Shown: in pieces, positions 26,828-36,894 of the stretch | Numbering within the stretch: the stretch's first letter is position 1 | How the letters are laid out: each line of letters starts with the position of its first letter | Assembly: GCA_040384565.1 (NCBI GenBank) | Contig: JAZKJC010000011.1 | Location: forward strand, 1-59,973 | DNA length: 59,973 bases | Reading direction: 5' to 3' | Origin: Patescibacteria group bacterium | GTDB taxonomy: Bacteria > Patescibacteriota > Saccharimonadia > Saccharimonadales > JAZKJC01 | The notes under the pieces: generated by a model | Seen by the model: only the letters and a program-made list of their open reading frames with translations | Told to the model about the DNA's origin: nothing | The model's database searches: none | Position numbers and translations under genes: made by a program

Positions 26828-28117
26828 TCAGCGTGTCCACAGAGTGCTGAGTATACCGGTCAGTTGCTGGCGCAGCTCTGGCGAGGCTGTGCCTAGAAAT
26901 CCCATACCCCAAGTAGGTGTGCTGAAGAATTCTTTTGTAATATCGGTCAGCTGCTCTTTGGTAATAGCTTTGATCCGTTCTGGAACAGCGTAGTAATCGT
27001 CAATGTAATCATCAAAGAAATAACGTCCACTATAGCCTGCCGCAGTACCAGAAACCGTCTGGCCACTGCGCTGAAACCGTCCCAGCAAATATTGTTGAGC
27101 CGCGGCAATATCCATATTTGTAACTTCCCCATTGCAGACAGCCTGAATTTCTTTGGCAATAATAGCAAACAATGCCGGTGCGTTGACTGGTGTAACTTGC
27201 GTACCAAACCACCAGTTTGTGGCAGATTTGGTTTGCAGGTAGTTTGAGCTCATGCCGTATACCAAGCCCTTTTCACGGGCTTCCCCCAAAATGCGTGAGT
27301 GTAATGTCTCCGTCAGCATGGTGTTTACTAAGCCCAAGGCATCGGCTTCGTCCTCGTTTAGACGGCGATTTATGAACGTGTCCAAATAAAAGTGCATATT
27401 CTCCACTGTACGGTTATGGATATACATAGGTTCTTTTAAGCCCTTGGGCCGTTCCACGGGCAGCGCAATCCGCGCACGGCCAGTTGGCAGCCCTATATTT
27501 TCTAAAAGTTCCACTATATGATCACGCCTGGGCTGGGTAATCTTGCCAGCAATTACAAAACGCATATTTTTGGTGAAGTGGGTTTTTTCGTAATGCGCGC
27601 GGATATCCTCTAGTTTGACGTTTATCATCCGTTTTATGCGCTCTTGGTCTGTCAAAACTTTGTAGCCGTAGGCTTGTCTTAGGGCTAAGCTTAAGTGACG
27701 AAAGTGATTGTTGGAGCGTCCGATCATTTCCTCTTTGACGTTGCCGTATTCTGCTTTATATTCGTCTTCCAAAAACAGCGGTTTACTTATAGCCGTGAGC
27801 AACAAACTAGCAATACGCTCCCATTCAAAATCCGCACACTCGGCTTCGTATGTTATATCGTAACTGCCAGTGCTGGCGTTGCAGTAAGCACCGTTTTTTT
27901 CAAATTCTGCTTGGAACGCCCGTGCCCTTGGTATCTGCTCGTTTGCTCCCAGCAGTAAGTGTTCCATAAGATGAGCCACTTCCCATTTATCTGGTGGAGT
28001 CAAAAAATCGCCTGCCCGAAAGTTAATTTCCAAACCCATAACACTGGCACCCGGTACATGTATAAATAAACCTTTGGCACCATTGTTTAAAGTAACCTCT
28101 TCTACGGCATGCTTCAT
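26828..28117 (-). CDS. M16 family zinc peptidase
   Basis: HLMEH (HxxEH), NAST, REKGLVY. Confidence 0.92.
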   Translation of the reverse strand: MKHAVEEVTLNNGAKGLFIHVPGASVMGLEINFRAGDFLTPPDKWEVAHLMEHLLLGANEQIPRARAFQAEFEKNGAYCNASTGSYDITYEAECADFEWERIASLLLTAISKPLFLEDEYKAEYGNVKEEMIGRSNNHFRHLSLALRQAYGYKVLTDQERIKRMINVKLEDIRAHYEKTHFTKNMRFVIAGKITQPRRDHIVELLENIGLPTGRARIALPVERPKGLKEPMYIHNRTVENMHFYLDTFINRRLNEDEADALGLVNTMLTETLHSRILGEAREKGLVYGMSSNYLQTKSATNWWFGTQVTPVNAPALFAIIAKEIQAVCNGEVTNMDIAAAQQYLLGRFQRSGQTVSGTAAGYSGRYFFDDYIDDYYAVPERIKAITKEQLTDITKEFFSTPTWGMGFLGTASPELRQQLTGILSTLWTR

Positions 28118-28121
28118 AAAG

Positions 28122-28253
28122 CTAAATCCGAAATTAGAAACTTGAAACTAGAAACAAATCCGAAATTAGAAACTTGAAAACCGGAATGTTTTGAGCTTTG
28201 AGTTTCAGGTTTCGAGTTTGTTTCTGATTTCGTGTTTCTGATTTCGTGCTTGG
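28122..28253. repeat. heptamer-period inverted-repeat hairpin (GAAATTA/TTTCGTG family)
   Basis: GAAATTA GAAACTT GAAACTA... mirrored by ...TTTCTGA TTTCGTG TTTCTGA TTTCGTG. Confidence 0.9.
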
Positions 28254-28259
28254 TGTACA

Positions 28260-30848
28260 TTATTTGTGTTTCTTCTTTTTGTTTTGGCGCTGTTTTTTTC
28301 GGGCTTTTTTGATTTTTTCATGGCTTTTAGCCTTTTCGGCCGTGGCTACTTTTGCTGGCACAAAATCGGTTTCTTCAAATTCATCGGCTTCTATAATTTT
28401 ATCGGCGTTATCTACGGAATGGCGGGCGGCACGGGTTAGTTCTGTCTCCACTGGCTGATCGCCGGCGACTGGTTCGGCGCTAAATAGTGCTTTTACAACC
28501 TCATGGCGCAAGGTAGTCTGCATTTCCTCAAACATGCGCTGGGCTTGGCGGCGGTATTCTACCAACGGGTCGCGCTGACCAACGCTAATCCAGTGAATAC
28601 CTTCACGCATATGGTCCATGTTTTCAAGATGTTGCATCCATAAATTATCCAGTATTTGTAAATATATATCGCGCTCTACTTTACGCATAATTTCTGGGGT
28701 AAAGGCGGCTTCGCGGGCTTCGTATAGTTCGTGAGCTTCGGCTAGCAAGACTTTACCAAACTGGGTGGCTTCACTATCAAATAGTCTGTCTAATGTTTCG
28801 TCATTAAACGGAAAGCTTTCGGTAACTATTGCTTCATATTGGTCAGATAGCAGTTCTGGTGAGTTGGCCAGAACTTTTGCTTCGTCTTCTATGAAAGCCT
28901 TTACCCGTTTCTGGATGTCTGCTTGGAGCAAAATCTCACGGCGCATTGTGTAAGTGGCGCGGCGGTGTCGGTTCATAACGTCATCGTATTGGACAACGTT
29001 TTTGCGCATATCAAAGTTGTAACCTTCAACCTTTTTCTGGGCGCCCTCCAGGCTTTTGCTAATTACCCTGTTTTCAATCGGTGTTTCGTCATCAACGCCC
29101 AAACGATCCATAATAGAGCCAATTCTCTCGCCGCCAAAAATACGCATCAAATCATCGTCTGTGCTTACAAAAAATTGCGTTACACCCGGGTCACCCTGAC
29201 GGCCTGATCGTCCACGTAACTGATTATCAATACGCCGGGATTCGTGACGTTCGCTTCCGAGTACAAAAAGTCCGCCAAGTTCTTTAGTTTCTTCGTCCAG
29301 CACAATGTCTGTTCCACGGCCTGCTATGTTAGTCGCTAGTGTTACCGCCCCTTTTTGGCCAGCCTTAGCCACAATTGCGGCTTCGCGTTCGTTGTTTTTG
29401 GCGTTTAAAATCTGGTGTGGAATTTTAGCCTTGGTTAGGAGCGCGCTCAAGGCTTCATTCTTTTCAATCGATACGGTTCCAAGTAGCACTGGTTGGCCTT
29501 TATGGTGCAAGCTGGCGATCTCCCGGGCGATTGCCTTAAACTTACCCCCCTCGGTGCGATAAATGCGGTCAGCCCGGTCCTTGCGTACCAACTTTCGGTT
29601 TGAGGGCACTTGAACGACATCGAGCTTATAGACCTGATGGAACTCTTCGCTCTCAGTCTCCGCGGTTCCAGTCATCCCCGATAGCTTGTCATACAGACGG
29701 AAATAATTTTGGAATGAAATAGTTGCCAGTGTCATTGATTCTTCCTGGACTTCAACGCCCTCTTTGGCTTCGATGGCTTGATGCAAGCCTTCATTGTAAC
29801 GACGTCCCTTTAGCAAACGGCCCGTAAAATCATCCACAATCACGACCTCACCGTCACTGGTTACCACATAGTCCTTATCACGGTGAAATAAAGCTTGGGC
29901 CTTGAGAGCCTGCTCTAAGTGATAAATTGTTCGGATATTATCTGTGCCGTACAGACTGTCTATGCCCAGAATTTTTTGGACATGCTCAATACCATCTTCA
30001 GTTAGTACTACGGCTTTGCGCTTTTCATCTGTTTCATAGTCGGCTTCTTTTTTGAGTTGGCGGGTAACTTTGGCAAACTGTGCATAGGCCGTACCACTGG
30101 TAACCGACGGCGCACTGATAATTAGCGGGGTACGAGCTTCGTCAATCAAGATAGAATCGACCTCGTCAACAATCGCGTAGTGCAAATCACGCTGCCTAAG
30201 TTGATCGGTTTCCCGGACCATGTTGTCGCGCAAATAATCAAAGCCGAATTCATTGTTGGTTCCATAGGTAATATCCGCTTTATAAACTTCTTGGCGGGTG
30301 GCGGGCTTTAAATGCTTAAACCGAGTGTCATCATGGTTGTTGTTTTCGAACTTGGTGTCATAGATATACGACTCGTCAGCAATTATGACACCCACGCTCA
30401 AACCTAAAAACGTATAAATTTGCCCCATCCAGCCGGCGTCTCGTTGTGCCAGATAATCGTTAACCGTAACTACATGCACACCTTTGCCGGTAATCGCATT
30501 CAAGTAAACTGGCAAAGTAGCTACCAGAGTCTTACCCTCACCAGTTTTCATTTCGGCCACTTTGCCCTCGTGCAAAACCATGCCACCGATTAACTGGACA
30601 TCAAAATGTCTCTGGCCTAGCACACGCCGAGCCGCTTCGCGCACAACCGCAAAAGCATCTGGCATGATTTTGTCCAAAGTCTCTTTTTCTAGGCGTTTTT
30701 TGAGTTTATCGGTTTGTTCCTTGAGCTGCTTGTCAGTCAATTTTTTGTATTTTGGTTCAAGCGCGTTTACGTCTTTCACCCTTCGGCGCATGCGCCGGAT
30801 AGTTTTGGCCTGGGGATCCCCAAGTAATTTCTTAAATACTTTGTTCAT
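28260..30848 (-). CDS. secA: preprotein translocase SecA
   Basis: MKTGEGKT, DEVDSILIDEARTPLIIS, QLRGRSGRQGDPG; lacks C-terminal Zn motif. Confidence 0.98.
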   Translation of the reverse strand: MNKVFKKLLGDPQAKTIRRMRRRVKDVNALEPKYKKLTDKQLKEQTDKLKKRLEKETLDKIMPDAFAVVREAARRVLGQRHFDVQLIGGMVLHEGKVAEMKTGEGKTLVATLPVYLNAITGKGVHVVTVNDYLAQRDAGWMGQIYTFLGLSVGVIIADESYIYDTKFENNNHDDTRFKHLKPATRQEVYKADITYGTNNEFGFDYLRDNMVRETDQLRQRDLHYAIVDEVDSILIDEARTPLIISAPSVTSGTAYAQFAKVTRQLKKEADYETDEKRKAVVLTEDGIEHVQKILGIDSLYGTDNIRTIYHLEQALKAQALFHRDKDYVVTSDGEVVIVDDFTGRLLKGRRYNEGLHQAIEAKEGVEVQEESMTLATISFQNYFRLYDKLSGMTGTAETESEEFHQVYKLDVVQVPSNRKLVRKDRADRIYRTEGGKFKAIAREIASLHHKGQPVLLGTVSIEKNEALSALLTKAKIPHQILNAKNNEREAAIVAKAGQKGAVTLATNIAGRGTDIVLDEETKELGGLFVLGSERHESRRIDNQLRGRSGRQGDPGVTQFFVSTDDDLMRIFGGERIGSIMDRLGVDDETPIENRVISKSLEGAQKKVEGYNFDMRKNVVQYDDVMNRHRRATYTMRREILLQADIQKRVKAFIEDEAKVLANSPELLSDQYEAIVTESFPFNDETLDRLFDSEATQFGKVLLAEAHELYEAREAAFTPEIMRKVERDIYLQILDNLWMQHLENMDHMREGIHWISVGQRDPLVEYRRQAQRMFEEMQTTLRHEVVKALFSAEPVAGDQPVETELTRAARHSVDNADKIIEADEFEETDFVPAKVATAEKAKSHEKIKKARKKQRQNKKKKHK

Positions 30849-30945
30849 TTAATGTAACTTCCTCTCTGTCATAATCAGATGTTTCCGCGATACAAGACAT
30901 TGTACCTCACCAGAGGTAGTTTCTCCAGGTAATTTTACCAACACC

Positions 30946-31372
30946 CTACTTGGTCGTTGCGCGGACGTATATAATTATACTGAAGCCTACGCCCAGAAAA
31001 ATTAATCCGATTAGCTGAAACTGGCTGACTTTTTCTTTAAATATAAAATAGCTTAGGATGGTTGACAGGAAAATTGCGCTGCCAAAGACAATTGGCGCGA
31101 CTATGCCGACCTTGATTTCGGAATAACTTTTTAACCATTGCCCAGACAAATAATCCTATGACCAGACCGCTAAGCACTGCCATAGCTATACCAAAGCGGT
31201 CGTTAACCAGTGGCTTTTTGCCAACAGTGGCAACCACCATTACTGCTGGCATAATCACCGAAAATGCGGCTTGGATAACGGCAACCAAACGGCTATCGGC
31301 ATGGCGCGAAGCCGCCGTCCCCATTAATATAATCCCCGTATACAAAAACAGCGCCAAAATAATATAAACCAT
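30946..31372 (-). pseudogene. EamA family transporter, frameshifted (or assembly indel)
   Basis: Two overlapping hydrophobic ORFs join into one EamA unit if one base of the T5 run at 31128-31132 is removed. Confidence 0.7.
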
Positions 31373-31391
31373 ACCTTGATTGTAGCAGAAG

Positions 31392-31955
31392 TTAGCTGGC
31401 TAACTGTTCGGCCAGCCAGTTTTCACGAACTTGTCGCGCATCCTTACGAGTTCTGGCTACGTCTCCAGGCCGCCAAGGTGCCGGATGCTGAAGTTTAGAG
31501 CTGGCCGGGAATGCGTGCTGAGGACTACGCAATCCTTCTGTAACCACAGTTAATTTGGATCCGTCTTTTCGCACTGCCTCAACTTCTATTTCCTGATACC
31601 ATCCAAGTGGTGCAAGCCTCCAGCCATCACGAATCAGCCGGTGTACTTCAGGAGAGATAAATACAAGTAAACCAGTGACTGCTTCACCTCTATGGCGCCT
31701 GATTGTGGGAGCCGCAAAATCCCAGTCGGCGCCACCTGCCTCAAGAATATGCCTAGGCGATCCGCCTAAAGATTGTCCAGTAGCAGTTCTGTAAGGAATA
31801 GTCCGCATCGTCTGAAAACATAGCTGAACGTCCGACATGACAATCTCTGTCAGCGGGTGTTCACCAACATTTAGCCCTGTTAAATTTTCAAGGACTGTCG
31901 GGTCAGTAAGTTCGCCATAAACACCATACGGGATTAATGAATCTGGGTTTGTCAT
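31392..31955 (-). CDS. hypothetical protein, possibly gamma-glutamylcyclotransferase-like fold
   Basis: YGVYGEL N-terminus and ..V.GLLV.....WY pattern; weak. Confidence 0.5.
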   Translation of the reverse strand: MTNPDSLIPYGVYGELTDPTVLENLTGLNVGEHPLTEIVMSDVQLCFQTMRTIPYRTATGQSLGGSPRHILEAGGADWDFAAPTIRRHRGEAVTGLLVFISPEVHRLIRDGWRLAPLGWYQEIEVEAVRKDGSKLTVVTEGLRSPQHAFPASSKLQHPAPWRPGDVARTRKDARQVRENWLAEQLAS

Positions 31956-32026
31956 AGATTTCCTTTACAAAAGTATTTTATATCAAATTTTATTTCTAAA
32001 TGCAAGTCCGGTCCGGTCCGGGAAGT

Positions 32027-32395
32027 TTAAGCTTCGTGTTTGATGCTACGCAAACGGGCTACTAAACGGCGGTGAAAGCGTGGTTGGCCGTGTAATTCTT
32101 TGTACTTTTTGAGCTGGTTTTTTAGCTTGGCTTCCACTATATCAATTGCGGCATACATGTTGATGGTTGCTTCTTTGGTAGTGATTGTGTCATTTGGTAA
32201 ATGCATGACTACCTCGCAGATGCAGCTTTTTTTGGTTTTAAGCAATTCTTCTTTAAGGGTAACCTCGGCATGCATACTGTCACGAACGTGCCTGGACGCA
32301 TAATGATCCAGCTTACCAATTTTTTTAGTGGCATAGGCTTTAAGCTTTGGATCAACTTTCATGTGTATGCCAGATATTTTTAGTTTCTTTATCAT
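32027..32395 (-). CDS. hpf: ribosome hibernation factor HPF/RaiA
   Basis: ISGIHMKV..LKAYATKKIGKL, NMYAAIDIVEAKL..QLKKYK. Confidence 0.92.
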   Translation of the reverse strand: MIKKLKISGIHMKVDPKLKAYATKKIGKLDHYASRHVRDSMHAEVTLKEELLKTKKSCICEVVMHLPNDTITTKEATINMYAAIDIVEAKLKNQLKKYKELHGQPRFHRRLVARLRSIKHEA

Positions 32396-33690
32396 TACAT
32401 TACTTCCTTCCCGCTTAAGAATTGTCTTAACACTTCTGGTACACGCACATGTCCATCGGCCGTTTGGTTATTTTCCAGAATTGCAATCAAAGGGCGCTCG
32501 GAAAATGCGGTTGCATCATTAGTATGCACTAGCTGGACTTCCCCGTTGCCACGGCGAACTCGTGTCTGCATGCGCCTGGCTTGATAATCGGTAATGTAAT
32601 CGGCGGTGTGGGTTTCCCGGTATTGGTTTTGGGACGGCAGCCATACGTCAATATCAACACCGCGCGCATTTGGTCCGCCAATATCGGCTGTGCATTTCAT
32701 CACAACCCTGTATGGCAGCCCAAGGCTCTGCATCAGATATTCCTGAATGGCAATCATGAAAAGATGCTCGTTTAATGAATCCTCCGGCAGATTGAAGCTT
32801 TCCATTTCCAGCTTGTTGAACTGGTGCAAGCGCATGATGCCGTCTGAGTCTTTACCATAGGTTCCGGCTTCGCGGCGAAACGCAGTGGTATAGCCAACGT
32901 AACGGATTGGAAAATCGCTTTCATTTAGAATTTCGCCCATATACATTGGCGCCATGGTGTGTTCAGCGCTGGCATTAAGCCACAGGTCATCATCTGCCAG
33001 TTTGTAAGTTTGCTCTTCTTTATTGAGCCGACCGGTGGCATCATACACCTCTGTTTTTGCGACTGCGGGGGGTATTACTGGCGTAAATGGCTTGTCGCTA
33101 ACTTGTAGATTATTGTTGCTGATTATTTTACGTATAACATCTTGGCTGGTTAGTTGACTTAGCGCAAACTGCCAGAGAGCAAACTCCAGCAACACCAAAT
33201 CACCCTTAAGGTAGGCAAAGCGTGAGCCAGCTACTTTGGCAGCACGTTCTTTATCTATCCAGCCCCTTTCTTCACCTAACACCGCATGGCTTTTGGGTTC
33301 AAAATCAAACTGTGGTTTTTGGCCCCATTCACGGACTATGACGTTGTCGTTCTCACTGACGCCAACAGGTACATCTTCTGTTGGCATGTTTGGGACAGTC
33401 TTTAAAAGTGTCACGAATTCCTGTTCAATTGAACTAAGCTGGTGTTCAAGCGTACCCAGCTGGTCTTTAATTTCCCGGCCTTGAGCAACTTGTTCATCAG
33501 AAGGGCGTTGGCCTTTTGTGGCATCTGATATTTCGTTTTTTCGGCGGCGTAAGTCTTCTACCTGCAGCTGCAGTTCCCGCCGTTTACCATCAAAACCAAG
33601 CAACTGATCAATATCAACGCCGTACCCCTTCTGTTTTGATTTTTCCTTAACAAGTTCTGGATTGTTCCGTATAAATTGAATATCTAGCAT
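32395..33690 (-). CDS. serS: serine--tRNA ligase
   Basis: MLDI, coiled-coil arm, FRREAG, RLHQFNKLE. Confidence 0.97.
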   Translation of the reverse strand: MLDIQFIRNNPELVKEKSKQKGYGVDIDQLLGFDGKRRELQLQVEDLRRRKNEISDATKGQRPSDEQVAQGREIKDQLGTLEHQLSSIEQEFVTLLKTVPNMPTEDVPVGVSENDNVIVREWGQKPQFDFEPKSHAVLGEERGWIDKERAAKVAGSRFAYLKGDLVLLEFALWQFALSQLTSQDVIRKIISNNNLQVSDKPFTPVIPPAVAKTEVYDATGRLNKEEQTYKLADDDLWLNASAEHTMAPMYMGEILNESDFPIRYVGYTTAFRREAGTYGKDSDGIMRLHQFNKLEMESFNLPEDSLNEHLFMIAIQEYLMQSLGLPYRVVMKCTADIGGPNARGVDIDVWLPSQNQYRETHTADYITDYQARRMQTRVRRGNGEVQLVHTNDATAFSERPLIAILENNQTADGHVRVPEVLRQFLSGKEVM

Positions 33691-33702
33691 ATCTACAGTA
33701 TA

Positions 33703-33728
33703 CAGCTGACAGCTGACAGTTTACAGCT
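33703..33728. repeat. heptamer repeat (CAGCTGA-type) between nuclease stop and serS promoter
   Basis: CAGCTGA CAGCTGA CAGTTTA CAGCT. Confidence 0.75.
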
Positions 33729-34518
33729 TCGAGACTGTTTTTTTGTTTTGGATTGATGCAATGGTCAGTTCGGTGCGGGAGCGGGCATACATGCAATAGT
33801 CGCAGTCGCCACCCATGGCGGCTGTGCCTACTGCTGGTATATCGCCTTCCAGGCAGGATTTCATTTTGGCCAAGGTTGGCTCTACCCAATTGGCATCACC
33901 GGTATATGGAATAACTTTGGTTACAAATTCAACGCGGTCGTGGAAACCATCCAGGTCTACGCGGGCGTTGGTGTAGACAAAATAGGCGGTGTCGCTGACC
34001 TTAAAACCATTGGCACGCAGCAGCCACTGATAAATTTCCATCTGGCGTTTGTAGCTCATCTGCCAGTCTGAATCTATATTTATTTCTGAGGCTTTGGAGG
34101 TGGCTTTGTAATCCACCACAATTAATTCTTCATTATCATTTATCCAAATATCATCAACCGCGCCAAATACATGGAGGTTGGTTGGTTCATGCAGCGTGGA
34201 AACACCGGTAAAATTGGCCCGCCAGGTGTCTAAATCCGCGTGGGCATACGGTATAGCATTGATCTGGTTGTCGGTCATCATGGGATGCGGTTTGCCTTGG
34301 GTGCGGTAGACATCAAACTCTTTTTTAAACAGTTCATCTATGGTTTTGTTGATGTTAAAGGGTGGCCCGCTGGGGCGTTTTATTTTGAGCCGGGCGTCCA
34401 GCCAAAAGCAACGCGGACACTGCGTAAACAGCTCGATCTTGCTGCGGCTAACCTTAAAAACGTCTTTTTGTCCCGGAACATACGCTTTATTCCGAGATTT
34501 CCAATAATTTTCTGCCAT
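33721..34518 (-). CDS. PD-(D/E)XK nuclease family protein (Cas4/RecB-like, 4 Cys)
   Basis: CPRCFW, GAVDD, VVDYKAT, QMEIY, CDYC. Confidence 0.88.
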   Translation of the reverse strand: MAENYWKSRNKAYVPGQKDVFKVSRSKIELFTQCPRCFWLDARLKIKRPSGPPFNINKTIDELFKKEFDVYRTQGKPHPMMTDNQINAIPYAHADLDTWRANFTGVSTLHEPTNLHVFGAVDDIWINDNEELIVVDYKATSKASEINIDSDWQMSYKRQMEIYQWLLRANGFKVSDTAYFVYTNARVDLDGFHDRVEFVTKVIPYTGDANWVEPTLAKMKSCLEGDIPAVGTAAMGGDCDYCMYARSRTELTIASIQNKKTVSKL

Positions 34519-34591
34519 ATCCACCTATTGTAGCAGGCGAACTAATGCTTGTTCTTAGTTATTACAGTGCCGAGGGTCTGCTGTGAGGAAT

Positions 34592-35196
34592 CTAGGCCTG
34601 TGGTAAGGCAGGCTCTGGTTTTATACGGACACTGGTTACGATTACGGATGGGTCGAGATTAATTTCTACACCATCTGCAAAAGCTTCCGCGAGGGCTATT
34701 GCCAAATACGCTTGTCTGTTATTGTTAAGGTGATTACGTGCGTCTGTGATATCTGGGCCGTCAGAAGGTTCTTGCATCTTCAAAATTGCGAGAATTCCCA
34801 GACCTAAGCGTAGTGTATCTGGTCGGTCAGCCCAGACATCCCTATCATCTCCAATTGATGGCTTACGTCTATAGTCGAAGAGGTCCTGCTTAGGCTGTAA
34901 ATCTAAGTTTAGCAGGTTCTCATAAGGTTCTGGCAGTGGCAGTTTATTTTCTTTGATAATTCGTGAATCATCCTGTAATAAACTATTTCTGTTAGGTTTT
35001 TTAGGAAATGTACCAACTGCAAAAGCCCCCATAAGACTGGCTAAACCAAACGCAGCATAAAATCTTTAAGGCCTGATGTGAAAGTACGCCCAGGGGCTTC
35101 ATAAGGCAAGTACCCTGGAATAGTGGCACGGGCATGTGCCTGTCTAAGCTCAATAACCCGATCTTCAAAAGCAGCTAAACTACGTTTACTACGCAT
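34592..35196 (-). pseudogene. hypothetical protein, apparently frameshifted near 35065
   Basis: SD-preceded ATG at 35196 opens a frame that stops at about 35041; adding one base near 35065 joins it to ORF 34592..35032. Confidence 0.45.
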
Positions 35197-35281
35197 TGAC
35201 GTTTCCTCTTAATTAACCGTATATTATACCTTTCAAAGTTAAAAGTCAATACTAAACAATGATTTATATGATAGTGCGAAT

Positions 35282-35956
35282 TTACAGGATTTTTTTAACA
35301 CAGGAACTAGCAGCTGAAACGGGATCGCCTATTTCTGTCAGGCGCAGTGGTTGTGCGCCAAGGCTCTTAATCAGGGCCGCTTCCGTTTGGGACCAGCCAT
35401 TGATTGGAACAATCAGTATGCCTATGTGATCTTGCGTGGGATTTATTTCCGATTCTTCGCCTTGCTCACACACAAAGAACTCTGCTTTACCCGTGAGCTC
35501 TTGTAACGCTTTAGTCAGATGCATGGGTTCCCGCACGGTGGGTACAACGCTCCATTCCCCTTTTTCTGCAGATTTAGTCACTAAAGTTTTTGCAGAATCA
35601 GTGTCAAAATCCGTTTGTTCACCGTTATCTGCCAGAAGAGGCATAAAATGGCTCACGCCAAGCGCTGTACACTTTTGAAGCAATTGATTGTTTTGGTCCG
35701 ATGGAAGTAGCGGCCACAACAGGTAGACTTTTCTTGCAGGTAATTTTAATTCAAAGTCAGTAACAAGCTGAAGGTGGGCTTCGTTATCCTTTAATTCCAC
35801 AAGTTTGTACAAACGATCCTGCTTATTGCCATCGAAAAGTACAACTTCATTACCGACTTGTAAGCTTGCGCTGTGAATTTGTGCAATTAAATCTGCATCG
35901 TGCAGCCAAAAGTCATGACTCAGGTCTATGTTTACATAAAAACGGTTTGGGACCAT
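35282..35956 (-). CDS. rsmE: RsmE-like 16S rRNA m3U1498 methyltransferase (divergent)
   Basis: RFY, VLFDG, LQKCTALGV..F.P; SAM-binding IGPEGG motif eroded to IVPINGW. Confidence 0.75.
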   Translation of the reverse strand: MVPNRFYVNIDLSHDFWLHDADLIAQIHSASLQVGNEVVLFDGNKQDRLYKLVELKDNEAHLQLVTDFELKLPARKVYLLWPLLPSDQNNQLLQKCTALGVSHFMPLLADNGEQTDFDTDSAKTLVTKSAEKGEWSVVPTVREPMHLTKALQELTGKAEFFVCEQGEESEINPTQDHIGILIVPINGWSQTEAALIKSLGAQPLRLTEIGDPVSAASSCVKKIL

Positions 35957-35982
35957 ATTGATGGCTAGTATATCGATTTAGA

Positions 35983-36879
35983 TTATTTTTGCAGGCCAAC
36001 AATCAAGATAACTGCAAAGGCTACTTTTACGAATAGGCTAATTTGTAAGTAGTTTCGTTCGGTTTTTTCGTAATCGGCAGCTGTATTTTGAAGGAAGCGC
36101 TTGTTGTTTAGGCAATAAGCCGTAAAACCGAGCAGCGTTGTGGCATAAAGCGCGTAGACGTACCAAGGGCTACGGACAAACCCATATATAGGTGTAGCAG
36201 CGGCATATGAGGCAATTAATAGCCATGGCAATGCGCCAGTAATAAGGCTAAGAACAAATACGCCCCTGCCAGTTGAGGCTTGCCTGGCATGATGCTTTTC
36301 TGATAACCAGCCAAGCAGACATGTTACGGCTACCAATCCACCTATTAATTTAAGCGTCATAATATCATTAACGCCGCTCAGTAACGCGACAGTTTCTAGG
36401 ATAAGAGCACCTACAACAGCCGTATCAATCCAGCGAAGTAAGTTTACTTTGCCTTTAAGGCTAGCCTGGTAATAATTGCTGAGTCTTGTGAGCAGAAGTA
36501 GCGGCAAAATTGCTGCTAAAATCATAATTACCACTACGATCCAACGTAATTCTACATTTGCGACGACGTGTACCGCGGGTACAAATACTGTAGTTGCATT
36601 GCTAGCTAGCTCATCCTTAGTTAGTAGTCCGGTGACAAACTGGTATGCAGTGTTATTCATCAACAATCCTGCTGCTACCGCGCCCACAAGGGACAACAAT
36701 GCCGTCAAGACGGTAAGCATTCTTAATTGGCTTTCCATTGACCGCCTGATAGTTATTTTACTTTTGGGAACACTGCTAACTGACTTAGTCTGGGTTACTT
36801 TTTTAGTTGCTTTAGCTGACTTAGTAATTTTTGCGGACGTTTGGGTTTTTGCTCTGGATGATTTTTTAGTAGTTGCCAT
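35983..36879 (-). CDS. heliorhodopsin-like protein (divergent)
   Basis: 7 TM; NLLRWID, GWLSE, PWYVY, DYEKTERNY..SLFVK (SxxxK retinal Lys); basic N-terminal tail. Confidence 0.8.
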   Translation of the reverse strand: MATTKKSSRAKTQTSAKITKSAKATKKVTQTKSVSSVPKSKITIRRSMESQLRMLTVLTALLSLVGAVAAGLLMNNTAYQFVTGLLTKDELASNATTVFVPAVHVVANVELRWIVVVIMILAAILPLLLLTRLSNYYQASLKGKVNLLRWIDTAVVGALILETVALLSGVNDIMTLKLIGGLVAVTCLLGWLSEKHHARQASTGRGVFVLSLITGALPWLLIASYAAATPIYGFVRSPWYVYALYATTLLGFTAYCLNNKRFLQNTAADYEKTERNYLQISLFVKVAFAVILIVGLQK

Positions 36880-36894
36880 AGCCCAATAATATCA

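Noticed and set aside
30946-31372. Phase variation or programmed frameshift in the EamA gene
   Set aside because: The run is only 5 nt and several similar single-base breaks occur in the window, so an assembly indel is more parsimonious.
32006-32022. GTCCG x3 repeat
   Set aside because: Too short, period 5 and single occurrence; could be chance.
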